A DNA stretch of 60,769 nt, the filler included, from Hausera hauseri (taxonomy: Eukaryota): the NCBI GenBank assembly GCA_046269625.1. It is 10 parts of 10 records of this genome, joined end to end, with 100 filler letters (N's around TTAATTAATTAA, not from the genome) between each part and the next. Parts side by side here need not be neighbours in the genome. Positions count along the whole stretch, not along the records: positions 37,214 to 42,410 come from JBJURY010310165.1; positions 42,511 to 47,613 come from JBJURY010334937.1; positions 47,714 to 51,758 come from JBJURY010796646.1; 7 more parts are not named here. One strand, written 5' to 3'. Below are positions 37,214 through 49,662 of this stretch, one piece after another. Within the stretch, counting starts at the first letter, position 1. Every line of letters begins with the position of its first letter. The notes beneath the pieces are model-generated. The model was not told the origin of the DNA, ran no database searches, and saw nothing but the letters and a program-made list of their open reading frames with translations. Position numbers and translations under genes: made by a program.

Positions 37214-39922
37214 TTTGCTGCGTAACCTTGGATAAATCTTCTGTAGTAGTTGCAGATCCCTAAGAAGCTTCTCAAATTCTTGACACATTTGGGTCTCTCA
37301 AAGGACTTAATTGCTTCTAGTTTTAATGGATCTGTCTGTATCCCTTTGTCGTTCACTATGTGTCCTAAAAATTTTACTTCTTTCTTGAGGACGTGGCATT
37401 TCTCTAGGTTTATTCTGAGACCTGCTTGCTGATCCTCTGCAATACATTTTCTAGTATCCTATAATGCTCTTCTAGAGTCTTAGAGAAGATTAGTATATCA
37501 TCTAGATATACCACTGTTTGTTCAATGTCCCCAAGTACTTTATTCATTAGTTTTTGGAAGGTGCCCGGGATTGCTGCTATACCAAATGGCATCCTGTTCA
37601 TACAGAACTGCCCTAATTTTGTTGAAAAGGCCGTCTTCAATTTGGAATCTTCTTCTAACTCGACTTGATAGTATGCATTCCCTAGGTCGATTGACGTGAA
37701 AAACTTGGTCCCGTATAGCCTGTTTAATATCTCTACCGCGTTAGGCATGGGGAAGACCTGTCGTTCTGTTATAAGATTCAGCTGTCTAAAGTCCAGACAT
37801 ATTCTGACATCATTCTTGTCTTTCTTCCGTGCACATATAATTGGTGTATTCCATGCTGAGTTACATGGCTTGATAATATCGTTTTTCCATAGATTTCGGA
37901 TGGTTTCGTCAATCTTTTTTTCTAGGTTTACTGGTTGCCTGTGAGGTTTGATATTGACCGGCGCTCCTGTCGTGTCTATTCGGTGTTTGATGAGGGATGT
38001 GCACCCTATGTCCCAGTTGTCGGCCATAAATACCTCTGGGTATTTTTGTATAATGTTGAGTAGATCTTTGTCGTCACTCACCTGAAGGGCTTCCTTCGGC
38101 CTGTTGACTCGTTCTTGGTTACTCACTTTACGGCCGAACTTAGCTTCCAGGTTGCATATATCTTGCTGTAATGTTCCCGTTTCCATGCGTTTCCATCCCA
38201 GTTCTATTCCGAATGCCTTTTGCAGGTCAACGACACCTATTATTTCTGGGCGTAATTCCGACACTACCAGAAATGTAACAAGTCTCCTTAGACCCTTGAT
38301 TTCTACGTATGTTGTAAGTGTGCTAAGGCAATCTAAGGGGCTATTGTTCGCGCATTGTAGTGTGGTATCTGATTTCTCTATGTGTGTGTTTGCAAGTTTA
38401 TCCACGATCTTTTCGCTTATGACGTTTACCATGGCTCCCGTGTCAATAAGCAATCTTCCCATCTGTCTTGTATCTTTAATTTGATTCCTGGTCGTCCATT
38501 AAACTTCCCGTATGATATCTGTTCGACATACAAATCGTCTAGCGTGAAGATCTGCGTATTGTTCCCACTTTCCTCTATTCCGTTGAAGGATACTTCCTGA
38601 AAATTTTCCGTTTTCATAAATTTCCGTACTTTTTCCTGTGTCCTTTTATCCATCGCTATACCTCCGTGTCCCCTTCTTCCTGATCCGTCTATATTGTTTG
38701 ATATACTACTACTATTATAAATAACGATATTTTGGGAGACTAAATCTATTGTAGTGCCCCGATTTGCTCCATTTCCATCGAGGCTCTGTATTTGGGGCAA
38801 CTGGCTCCTGATTGGATTCTGTTTCTTCCTCCTCTACGTTTGCAACTTCCTCCGTGTTCTGTACATATTATGCCCGGACCTTCTTTCTTCTTTGTATGTA
38901 TTTCATCCTGGATCTCTTCTCCCCTCCAGCCTGGTGTATCACTCCTTTTCGGTATGTCCCCTATGGTGACATCTTGCACAGCTAAGGTTAACACAATTTT
39001 GCCTGATGTGCCCTAGCTGACTACATCCATAGCAGCTTATTGGTTTTCTTTCGGGACACTGCCTGCATATGTGTCCTTCTTTTGCGCATCCAAAGCATTT
39101 AATCGATCTCTGTGTGGTGCACGTTCTGCTTGTATGTTCTTCATTCTGGCACGTCCAACACTTTAATCTACTATTTGGTGGTCTAGTAGGGGTCATGTTG
39201 ATTCTAGGAACGGGTTTCCTGATATTTTGTGTTGCCACTTCCTGGTAGCCTTTTCTACCGATCCCCGGATACTCCTTGACAGTGTTGACTTCTTCTGTAT
39301 TAATCTTCACCTCGTGTATCTTCCCTATTTTCTCCTTCATTGTTTCCGCGTCTCGTTTATCACTGAGGCATATTTCGCTTCTCATCTCTCTATTGTTACA
39401 ACATTGGAACAATAGTTCCTCTTTTAGAGCCTCGCGTGAAAGATTGTGTTTCATGATTTTATCGAGAAGTTTCTCGATTATCTCAATTTAAGCTTCCGGT
39501 TCCTCTCCATTCATTCTGTACTCGAGCGCTTCTTTTAGATCTTCGCATAGCGTTGAGGATCGGGCGAAAGATTTGCGTAGTCGGTTTTGGTATCCCATTA
39601 TCCTTGCATCTACTACTTCGTATCTTTCTAGTGCATCTTCCTGCAACGGGCATTCGACCATGATTTCCTCTTTCGCCGCCGGAGTGTTCATATATTTAAA
39701 GAATTTTTCACAGTCTTTAATGAACTTCTCTACGTCGTCGCCTTTCCTGAATTTGTTGGGAAACAACTGGTTCGAGAAAATGTTTATTGTGGCGTAAGTC
39801 GACATGTTGGCAGCGTGCACATCCACGCAATCCACCTCGTCGCCCAGCTTGGGTAGGGTTGGAAAATACCCGCCCTCTGGTATGTCTGTTGAGTCATAAT
39901 TGGATCGTTTGAAATTACTCAT
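37214..39922 (-). mobile_element. Decayed Ty3/Gypsy element (gag with multiple CCHC knuckles, PR, RT)
   Basis: CWTC..HTSRTC, CFGC..HICRQC, CYGC..HIRQNC; LIDTGA; IDLGNAYYQV; VYLDDILI; LRSFLGICNYYRRF. Possible tRNA-Ser-like PBS at ~39831-39846. Confidence 0.9.
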
Positions 39923-40060
39923 TGAAAAGTAAACATCAATTGTAGAAAAATTTTATTGTAATCAAAGATACTTATTTGGAAACAAAAATTCTAAATTCAA
40001 ATTATACTTTTAATTGTAGGGGGATTGGAGGACACCAGGCCAATATAAATATCCTATCTT

Positions 40061-40140
40061 GAGACCCCCCAGGATTGGAAATCGATAATCAATGTTTTAT
40101 ATGGGAAAAATTTGGAAATCAATATTTTTTATTTGATCGA
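40061..40140 (+). repeat. Diverged copy of the CCCCAGGATTGGAAATC repeat motif beside pPolB
   Basis: Matches the ~19940-19980 and ~32555-32600 segments. Confidence 0.5.
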
Positions 40141-40353
40141 TTGGCGTGGTCATGGCTTCAGTATTCCCACCCCCAAAAAATCAATTGGCCTCGTCGTGGT
40201 TTCACTATTCCTACTCCCAATTGGTTTAAATTTTGCAAAGTTGATATAAATACGTCTGTGAAAGTCACTTGTGAATAAAAATGTGTACTGACGAAACATA
40301 AGACAAAGAAGTCTGTACAAATACTTATTAATATAACAAATACAATCAAATAT

Positions 40354-42410
40354 TTACACTTTTGTACAATAATGTCCATATGCGACACTTTTTTTCGATA
40401 TCCAGTGTCGTTTGTCGTCGAATGGATCTAGCGCTTTCTTTTTTATACTGATCGTCATCAGTTGATGGTTTTTGGTGCCAATCCGTTCTTGATCGACAAT
40501 TGTCCCACATCCATTCTCATACGCTTGCAAGTAGTTATCAAAGTGCAAATCGGTTTGTTTCAGATTGATACCCTTGCATTTGAGCACTGGTTTGGTTTGG
40601 GTTTTGAGGGCATACGATTTTGGTCTTAGGAAAATGGCTTCTTCGTATTTTGCACTACCCTTACTTTCATCCTTAAATTTTTTAATTACCGAAGCGAAAC
40701 GGGTAGAATAAAGAGGGTCTGTAGTGTCATAGTTAGAAGTGTCCAACTGCTCATTTACTATCATTGCCGGTAAGAGCTGAGATCGCAGACCTACACTACG
40801 ACACTCAAGAAAGAAACTATCAGTATCACCAGCAACAATATTAAGTTCACAATTGAACTGATGTCTGTATGATTCTAACCCTATGTATTTCAATTCATAC
40901 ATTCTCAACTTGGAAAGATCAAGTACAGCCTGGCCGATGTATGATGGTCTGTCTAATATCACAATGTCTTTGTCAAGGAGAACAGCAACAAAATCATAGT
41001 CAATTATAATACTCTCTTTAAACTGGGCATTACTAGCATATGTCACAAAATTTTTAGCATTGTTACATAGTCTCAAGTTGGACCATTTTAAGAGGTTTTC
41101 GACTGTCTTACCATATAATCTATTGTTCTTGAGCTTAAAGAAGTCTTTTTCAAAAGGATTTTTCGCTGCAGCCCTCTTAGCAGTGTTTAGATCAATGTAA
41201 TCCTTAAAGACATAGCCTTTTGTCAAACTCAACAGCCCGATGAACCTTTTCAACTATAAGGCCTAAATCTATGTACAATTGTAAGAGGCAATAATGAACC
41301 ACATAGTTTGACTTCCGCTCATGAGTAAGAAGCAATTTCTTAACTTTTGAACCTGGTGGACATTGGTTCATTTTGGTTAGAGGCAGTTTGTCAAACTTAT
41401 CATGTTTGTCTGCTGGAATGCTTAAGTCAACTTCAAAGACCAAACCTCGTTTTTCTTTAACACAGTCAATGTAAGGTAATTGTTGGATCAGACTAGCCAA
41501 GACGTCCTCATCATAAATCCAAGTCAGATTCGCAAATGGCAAAAGTTGAGATAAAGCCCAGCCATATAAGTTATTTACATCTATATACAAAGGACTGGTG
41601 CTTTCATCTGTTACAGTCCTATGCTTATTTACAAAAGTAATGCCACTGCGAATACTTGACTAAAAGAAGTGATGCATCTCAGGATCCTGGATAAGCTCGA
41701 TCTTGCAAGGACTGGTTTCCAATGCTATGGCCCAACGTAAACCTGTAATTGAGACAAAGTTAGCAGCCTCTAAACCATCTTGCAACTTAACCTCCTTTCT
41801 GAATCTTTCAAAGACATCATACAACAATTAGACGTCAAGCTTTATATATATCAACATATAATCTAACAGACAGTTGCAACTGTATTTGGACCAAACCAAT
41901 TATGATTCTTCGTAATCACTGTCGCTAACATCATTCCATTTTGCTGGTAAGTCGTTAATTGACTGCAATTCACTAAAAGATTTGGCTGCAGTATATGGGA
42001 AAATCCCTTTTTCCTTAATTATGTCAGAAGGGAAGGCTGACTAAGTCAATGGGTAGTTATCTAAGTTTGAAGCTAAAGTCTTAAGTGAAGCTGGCAAAAA
42101 TTGCAATGAGTCGAGAAATCGAATAAACACAGACTTTTTACCAGAACATTGTATATTTGCCCTCATGGTTAGAAATTTCTTTGTCGTTTGTGGAATCACA
42201 CTCAAGTCCCAATTTTTGAATTTACTTACTGCATGTTTTAAGATATGATGGAGATCATAGCCACACAAATTATGGAAAATTACAGGTAAATTATATCTAA
42301 TATTACGAGCCAAGTTACACTTGTTGCATGCAGGGCCTAAGAATTTATCTGAAACATGACAGTGATCTCTAACAAATTGAAAACTGGTTTCATGACAAAG
42401 GTAACATTCT
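40354..42410 (-). pseudogene. Protein-primed family B DNA polymerase, diverged subfamily, 5'-truncated
   Basis: VIFHNL.GYD, FLDSLQF, YIDVNNLYGWAL, KLKNNRLYGKT, AGDTDSFF, LRPKSY, FDDKR. Confidence 0.92.
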
Positions 42411-42852
42411 NNNNNNNNNNNNNNNNNNNNNNNNNNNNNNNNNNNNNNNNNNNNTTAATTAATTAANNNNNNNNNNNNNNNNNNNNNNNNNNNNNNNNNN
42501 NNNNNNNNNNTACATTTTCAAATTAAAGTTTTAATTTAAATTTAAAAATGTTTCTAATTTAAATTTAGAATTTCTGTTCTCAATTATATCCTCACAATGC
42601 TCTTGCGGCAATTTCTATGTTTCTCTCTATCTCTTCTTGATTCGGGTTTACACCCTTCATTACCATTATTTTGTATAAAAGATAAGATATAGCTGTTACA
42701 ATTTTACGTCGAGATATACCGGTTCCCATCATTCTCGACAAAATATCTTTTTCTTGGATTTCATTTATCCTCTCGTTCGTGGGGATTTCTGCAAATTGTT
42801 CACTAATCTTTGCAATTTCATTCCTTATAGCTTGCATTAGTGAATCCGGTAT

Positions 42853-43407
42853 TTAGAGATTAGTATTAAACTCAACGAATGCATTATGCATTCTTGCTAG
42901 CAAGGAATGTAGTAATTTTGCCAATGATACATTATCTGCACCATATTCATCTTCTGTTGTTAGAAATCTTCGAAAGACTTCGTCATCTCTAGCTTTTCTA
43001 CCTTTCAACTGATAAAGTTTCGTCGTTCCTTTTGGTCTGCCACGGTTTTTTTTATCTGTTTGCATTTGTTCTGATATAGGCATATTCACTCCCGTTTCTA
43101 TTTTTTGAGCTTCATGCTGATGTTCAGTTTTCTGTATCTCTTTTCGCCTAACATCAGTGACAATTTCGTCAATTATTTCTTGTTCAGACTGTTTATAAGT
43201 AATACACACAGGATTGTATCGATTTTCCCAGATACCTACTTCATACAAGGTTTCGTATTCCAGCAGAGTGCGTCCATAGAAACGCAACTCTATTTTTCCT
43301 CGAGGCTGGATAATCCCATTGATATTATTTTTCAATGTCATTATCTTATCCAACGACTTCATTCTTAGAACATGAAAATCTTGGTTGTACTGTTGCAGCG
43401 TAACCAT
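42853..43407 (-). CDS. Accessory ORF fragment with ubiquitin-like domain (43195-43410) and AT-hook (43030-43044)
   Basis: DKIMTLKNNI..IELRFYGRTLLEYETLYEVGI; NRGRPKG. Confidence 0.7.
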   Translation of the reverse strand: MVTLQQYNQDFHVLRMKSLDKIMTLKNNINGIIQPRGKIELRFYGRTLLEYETLYEVGIWENRYNPVCITYKQSEQEIIDEIVTDVRRKEIQKTEHQHEAQKIETGVNMPISEQMQTDKKNRGRPKGTTKLYQLKGRKARDDEVFRRFLTTEDEYGADNVSLAKLLHSLLARMHNAFVEFNTNL

Positions 43408-44033
43408 TACTTCAGGGTCTTCTCCTAGTGTCCTTACTCTACCCGCATATCGATAAATTATATACCGTACGATGTTCTAGTATGTGCTTGTACGCGCAGA
43501 ATATATTAGCAGTAAATCCAGTAAATTAGCAAATTGTTGATGGCTAAATGTTGGCAATAGTAGCATAGACAGATCTTGTCTAAACCGAGTGCCATCGATT
43601 AGTTCTTGGTTAACATAGCTAGATATTTTCCAAACTATTTCTACGCCATCCTGATTTAAATTTACAGATGAAGACTCATAACTTGGGGATTTTTCTTTTA
43701 TTTTCTTTTTTCTGATCCTTTTTATCTTTTCTTTGGGTTCACTTTCTCCACTTGACTCACTTTTTTCACTTCCACTTCCAGAAGGTAAGTTAAGTTCCAG
43801 AGTCTTTAGTTCTTCTTTTTGTATCAAAGGTTTATCCTTCTTCTTAACCCTTTTTTCTCAGTATCCGATTCTCATACGGGAGTTTTTTTGGGTCTACCAA
43901 TAGGAGAAATAACTGAACTTTTATCATTTATTTTTTGTCTTTTCTCACAGGTTTGTTGCTCCTTTAATTCCAGGTATAGCTGTTTTAATTTGGTTAACTT
44001 ATCTTTCTCCTCTGTCGTATTGGTTTTACTTTC

Positions 44034-45050
44034 TTATAATTTAAATCTGATCTTCTGTTGTAACTTTTCAGTTGTTTCCTCGGGCTCTGTATCCGTAGTT
44101 TCGTGCTCATTATTCGTATCAGATATATTGCCTACGATGTCGACATTCTTTTTCTTTTGACTTGACTGTCCTTGATTAGGGCAAGTACGAGCCATATGTC
44201 CGTATTTTTGACATGCAAAACATAATGGCTGTCCGTTCTGGTTAACCGTTGGTTTTCTCATCGCAGATTTTTGAGGTTGGTCTTGTTGCCACGTAACCTT
44301 TTTTGTTGTTGCCCCGTTTGATTCTGAATTTTATAAAACGGTTTTTGAAAATTTTTCTTTGACTGAAGGCTTTTCATCTTTTTATCATCAATTTTTTGAG
44401 GCTTTTTGGTACTTTTTAATCTTTTACAGTACTGCTCAATTTTTCTAGCCTTACTGACAGCTTTCTTATATGTGTCAGGGTCAGCAACAATAATATAATT
44501 TTGTATTTCCTTAGTAACTCCATAACAAAATTGAGCCAGAAGAGCGTCTTCTCTTATATCATCATCTGCGTAGGCTCTCTGACCCAATTTCTGAATGGCA
44601 CATGCATATTCCTGCACACTTTCACCTTTTCTCTGACGTCACCTGTAAAACTCTCAAATTCGACATTTTCCTGATGGGTCTACTAAAAGTCTTTCTTTCA
44701 GGGAGTCCTTAAGGCCAGCTCAATCAGCTTTGTCATCATTCGTAAGCTGAGCGTAAGCAGTAAGTGCTATTCCTTTAAGATGCAAGGGAAAACGTTGTAT
44801 CCTAAGCTCATCTGACCAAGCAAAAACTCACTATAATCTTGGTCCGGTTTTCCTTTAAACTTATTCATCGGAAGGACCATTGTACTAGTCGTACTTGAGC
44901 CAGTTTCTATTCCAGAGCTAGACACTGGGTTTCTTTCTATATTTGTGTTTGGTTCAGCCAAGGGGTTTTCGTCTGATTCAGAACTACTCCTTGCTGAATC
45001 AGTACGTGAAGTTGTGGTGCTAGCGTTAATTCTACTTCGAGTGTTATACG
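44034..45050 (-). pseudogene. gag with CCHC zinc knuckle
   Basis: KFKGKPDQDY, major-homology-like region, CX2CX4HX4C. Confidence 0.85.
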
Positions 45051-45060
45051 CGAGTGTGAT

Positions 45061-45078
45061 TCCTTACTCGGGGCACCA
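45061..45078 (-). promoter_or_regulatory. Primer-binding site TGGTGCCCCGAGTAAGGA (elongator tRNA-Met-like)
   Basis: Lies 1 nt after the LTR end ...TATCA; resembles the complement of the tRNA-Met(e) 3' end ..CGGGGCACCA. Confidence 0.8.
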
Positions 45079-45079
45079 G

Positions 45080-45734
45080 TGATAAGTTTAGAGGTTAAGA
45101 TTTATTTCTGTTATTACGACCTTAAACTTATACACTTTACTTAATACTAGATAAAATATGGGGTTTTTCCTTTTCCCTAGACTAAGAATTAATTATTCTT
45201 ATAAGCAACCTGTGGGGTTGCCTTAGACTTTTATTAGACCTTAATGTGAGTACCGTTCAGGAGGGACACTGACGGTTTACCCCTTACTTAGAAGAATTTA
45301 CACATCCGGCAATTTACAGGGCCGGAATACCAAAACGGGGAATATTTTAAGGTTAATTATACCTTAGTATCAAATATTACTTAAAGTTATTTCAAACAAA
45401 GTTACTCTAAAAATATATATTAATCTAATAAAATAAAAGAACAAATAATACAGAAATTAAAAGCAAGAATCAAAAATCTTACACGTGTTGTAGTATAACA
45501 TAACGTAGAACCAAAATGAATAATCAGATTACGTCAAATTGTTAATGTTAAAATGACTGAACATGCGAGTATATATACTAAATTGATGTTGACACATTTG
45601 AAGGCGAAAATTTACATTCAATTAAAATGAATAAAAAAAATAAAAGTCAATTCAATTCATGACAAAAAAAACAAAAACCAATTTAAATTTTCACGAATGT
45701 TTATTTTGTAGATCGATTGAACAATCACTGTACA
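45080..45734 (-). repeat. LTR (655 bp, TG...CA), bounded by a PPT and a PBS
   Basis: Starts TGTACAG right after the PPT and ends TATCA right before the PBS. Confidence 0.85.
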
Positions 45735-45748
45735 TCTTCTCCCTCCTT
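45735..45748 (-). promoter_or_regulatory. Polypurine tract AAGGAGGGAGAAGA
   Basis: Pure purine run abutting the LTR TG. Confidence 0.85.
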
Positions 45749-45915
45749 AGATGAAGCTGTCCTCAGCTTCAAGGGATAGGTTTTGAGGATACCATTGGAA
45801 TATTTGTAATTGGCGGAGTCTATCCGCAACCATTGATTTCCCTTTCGAATCTTCTTTTTGAGGGTAACTGTTTTTCGAGTAATTCTCTTCTTTTATAAGC
45901 GTTTTGTTAAATCGA

Positions 45916-46656
45916 CTAGAATAGATTATTAAAATCAGTGGCAGAGAGCGGTTGATTGATAGTTGATTGGTTAAAGATAGGTGTTCCAGAGGTAACAGGT
46001 GTTTTAGAGGTCTCACCAATGTCCATCGATTCGCATTTGGAATTATTTGTCAAAGCCATCATCAAAAATTGTTCATTATGGAGTAAGATTTCGTTTACGG
46101 TTGATGTTGATTGGTCTGATTGAGATTGATTGGGTAGTTTTTGGAGATTTCCTTTTTCGATTTTATATTCGTTGATAGAGTTATAAATCTTCAGTATTGT
46201 TGCAGCTTTCTCCATGGTACGTAGAGTGTACACAATATTGTTAAATTTCATTAGGACTTGCTTATGGATCAATGTTTTCTCTGAATTTATTTCTGGATGA
46301 TATAATAGATCCTTAATTCCTAGTATTGCATTGGTATCAAAAAGGTCGAGGTGTAGGTTTGTGTTATAAATATCAATTCGAACTATCATCTTCCCATTAA
46401 GCTCTTTTCTAATAAGGGATCTAATTTGATAGGCATCTGTCCGTCCGGTTAAATCTATTTCTTTCAATCCGGTAATCAAGCTGTTATAATTGTCAATTCG
46501 GTCACGCGGAGTAACAAGTTTGTCCAAAATAATATTGCCTTCAAGATCCGTAATGGTTAATTCTACAAGGGTTGCCTCCTTATTGCGTAATGAGGTTAGG
46601 AGGAAGGCAAAATTCGTTGCTAGTATAACTATCTGATTTTTTGATCTTAGCGGCAA
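45916..46656 (-). CDS. 3' accessory ORF fragment with a REX4/ISG20-like DEDDh exonuclease fold (probably catalytically altered)
   Basis: LVELTITDLEGNIILDKLVTPRDRIDNYNSLITGL...LNGKMIV; the ExoI DxE motif is not evident (ILATNF). Confidence 0.65.
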   Translation of the reverse strand: MPLRSKNQIVILATNFAFLLTSLRNKEATLVELTITDLEGNIILDKLVTPRDRIDNYNSLITGLKEIDLTGRTDAYQIRSLIRKELNGKMIVRIDIYNTNLHLDLFDTNAILGIKDLLYHPEINSEKTLIHKQVLMKFNNIVYTLRTMEKAATILKIYNSINEYKIEKGNLQKLPNQSQSDQSTSTVNEILLHNEQFLMMALTNNSKCESMDIGETSKTPVTSGTPIFNQSTINQPLSATDFNNLF

Positions 46657-47793
46657 TCTGAAAAAGGATGTTCCGGCTGTGAGCTGATCACCATTGGATA
46701 AATTTGGGGGATTATCGTCTTTTCACACTTGATCTGAGGGAAGGTTTCTCTTCGCGTGACTTCAATGTATATTATCCGAGATGGGCCTCCACAAGTTCGT
46801 AGAATGATTGTCACATTTCGATAAAACTTCTTATCCAAGCGAATCGTAGTATAATCTATGACATCCAAAGTGTCGGTAAAATCATTTAGATGTGCTCGAC
46901 TTTTTACTTGAAGATTGCCTTTTGCTGCAGATATAAAGACTGACATAGTTCGACTGGAAATGCCGATTAAACCTGACAATTTTGTAGAAGCGTTAGGTAG
47001 CTTCATAATCAGTCCGGCTCTTTGATGGAGGAGATGACCTTTTAATTGTTTGGTATGTGATTTGCTTTACCGTAATAGACATAATCTTTATTGTCTGTTT
47101 GATTCAGATTGCTGTAATAAAAAGATTTAGTTCTGTCCACAACTTCAAATCCTTCTTGAACTAAAAAGAAATAAACACATGTTAACCAAGAAGATTTGAG
47201 AAAAGGAATACGAATNNNNNNNNNNACTCTTATTCAGTTTATAATTTTTGTAAGTCGCGAGAAATTTAGTATATTGGTTCTGTATCTTTGTACAGTAATA
47301 CACAGTTACATCTCTTGCTCGACAATCTTGTCGTTTACTTGTTCGATTTTTACTACTGAGAGGAGTTAATGGACAATCTTGCTATTCAGGATTAGTCGGC
47401 TTCTTAGCCGATGGTTTCTTTCTTGACGGACAATTTTGCCGTTTAGAGGTTTGTAGAATTTCATTATTAGGCGCATTTATATTCCCTGTTAACTCACCTT
47501 GTGAGTCTTTTCTTAAAAGTCTTAATTGATTTAACATTTCTCTTATTCTACGTTGCCGCCGTTTTATTTTTGACCAATAGATCGTTAAAGGCAACACTAT
47601 GGCTAGTAATATTNNNNNNNNNNNNNNNNNNNNNNNNNNNNNNNNNNNNNNNNNNNNTTAATTAATTAANNNNNNNNNNNNNNNNNNNNNNNNNNNNNNN
47701 NNNNNNNNNNNNNACGTGGCGAAGCTAGGTAATGAAGCCGCTACCACCGTTATTATATGTACAGAAACCATCTGAAGATGAGATAGAACAAAA

Positions 47794-49662
47794 TGGCTAA
47801 TCTTACAGATTAGTCCCAGATGGCCGAAATACTCGGATACTAGCCGTAAACTATAGAGAAAAGAATGTGGGATTGTATTTCCCGATCGAGGTGTCCATCA
47901 GGAATACTAATGGAGATGATATTATGAATAAAATAATCGCACCTTGGGCTAGGATAAAAGATACCTTCGCCGACGTTACTGGAATCACCAAGCCGCAGCT
48001 TGAAAAGGGAAAAGATTTTTTGGAGGTCTAAGAAGATATAAGCCATTGCTTATATGGATATATTGTTACAGGATTTTGAGTACACGAAGCGTTGGAGCGA
48101 CTAGGAATTAGGCAGGAATATATAGCCGGAATTCGAGAAGTGAACCGTAACCCAGCAGTCGTGTGTCAAGTTGATACTTCGATGCGGAAAAGAGGTTTCC
48201 TACTTCCGTCAGCATCTCGCGAATCACAATTCAGACTGATGCTAGAAGCCATGTATGGCGAACGATTCAAATTCCCTAAGCTGACGACAGCAAATCAAAG
48301 GACCAAATTTATAAAAGATATCTATGACTCGTTACGATGAGACCACGAGTGAAAAACCAAAATTCATATGCAAAACGCAATATCCGACAATAACCCCAAA
48401 ATCCTGATACAAAAATTCCAAAAACGGTTTAGCGAATATCCTAGTTATCGACAAATCAAACCACGAGGACATAACCGATTTCGAGTAACAATCCATAACA
48501 GCCCAATAGAAGTCCGGAACAACCAACAGAAACCATCAACCAGTAAAGCCCAAGGAGTGACAATAAAAGACGATAATTTAGAGAAACCGAAGAGGCAAAA
48601 GCAAAGACCTCCTTTTTGGATTAAATCAATAAAAAGAGAAGCAAGACCAGCAAAGGCCCTGTGACAGATAATCTAATCCCGGAAGAACCCATGAACGATC
48701 AGAAAGAAATACCAAATCGCGAGAAAAGGAAAGAAAATGGAGAAAAACAGTTGGAAATTACTAAATCTAAATCACTTAAGACGGAGGTCAACGTTCTTCG
48801 GAAAAACTGGCAAGAGGATACCCCGATCATAGTTACAGAATTCGGCCAGGTGAAAGAATATAAAATAATCTTTGTTATGGCCGAGTACTATAGCAAAGGA
48901 AAAATTATAGAGGCCATATTTTACGTGTCCACTGTTTTTAGAAGGATAGTCAGTGGAAATGGATATGACAAAGTAGATACTACGATCGGCAGATATCTAG
49001 CCCCGATATTTCAGTCGAAAAGTAGTACTAATAGATTGACAATTCCAGTGGATACCCAAGTTAGAGTTAAATTAAAAAGGCAATACAAAAAGACTGGAAT
49101 ACCCGATCTGGACAGGCAAAAGGTAGTAGAATAAACCCTAGTCTCGGTTTCAGATGATCCAAAGAAAAGCTCAATAGACCCCAAACAAAAACGATTATAC
49201 GGATACTTATACCAAGATAAAAAGTGACTGGTATTCGAGAGAATAGAAGTAGATGAAAACCTTGTAGACATAGAGGCAGCGGAGAAAGATGAATGTCCCG
49301 TATGCGACGCGGATCTCTACCAAGGATATGTAATATTGGACAACAAAGATTGCAGTTATAAATATTGCCGATACTGTTTGGAAACGTGGACCCTGAAAAA
49401 TGGAAAAACTACCTGCCCAGTATGCAGAGCCGAAGCTACAAGGCCAAGATACTACTCGAATGGAGAGAACAAGAAAATAGTAGAGATATTGCCCAAACAG
49501 GCCACTACGTCCTATCATATTGACTTGCAATCACCGTCAAACAAAACGGATTCGGAAGAGGACTTACGTGGACGAATGGACAGATTACGCAGAGTACGCG
49601 GCACCTCTACTGACGCAATGGGCACATCCGAGAGTGCCGTTCAGGGAGGAGAAATGTTATGA
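47794..49662 (+). pseudogene. Retroelement 3' accessory ORF (decayed) ending in a RING finger (49294-49425)
   Basis: 48661-49662 is one frame with two stops; CPVC-x16-CSY-KYCRYC-..W..-CPVCR; 5' extent approximate. Confidence 0.72.
49643..49654 (+). promoter_or_regulatory. Polypurine tract AGGGAGGAGAAA
   Basis: Purine run immediately before TGTTA. Confidence 0.8.

Larger units (their letters stand above)
42511..45734 (-). mobile_element. Second-lineage giant Gypsy 5' part: LTR-PBS-gag-CCHC-Ubl-AT-hook
   Basis: PBS, gag (VQEYACAIQKLG, LAQFCYG), CFACQKYGHMARTC, and accessory ORFs that share sequence with the 4690-7869 element. Confidence 0.82.

Noticed and set aside
39922-40354. Possible single hybrid element combining Gypsy RT and pPolB
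   Set aside because: The genes are separated by a piece of the pPolB-associated repeat; nesting of independent elements is simpler, and the arrangement is not repeated elsewhere.
47382-47613. Possible integrase C-terminal tail upstream of the exonuclease ORF
   Set aside because: The position fits, but no DDE or GPY/F motif is visible, and a 10-N gap at 47216-47225 weakens linkage.
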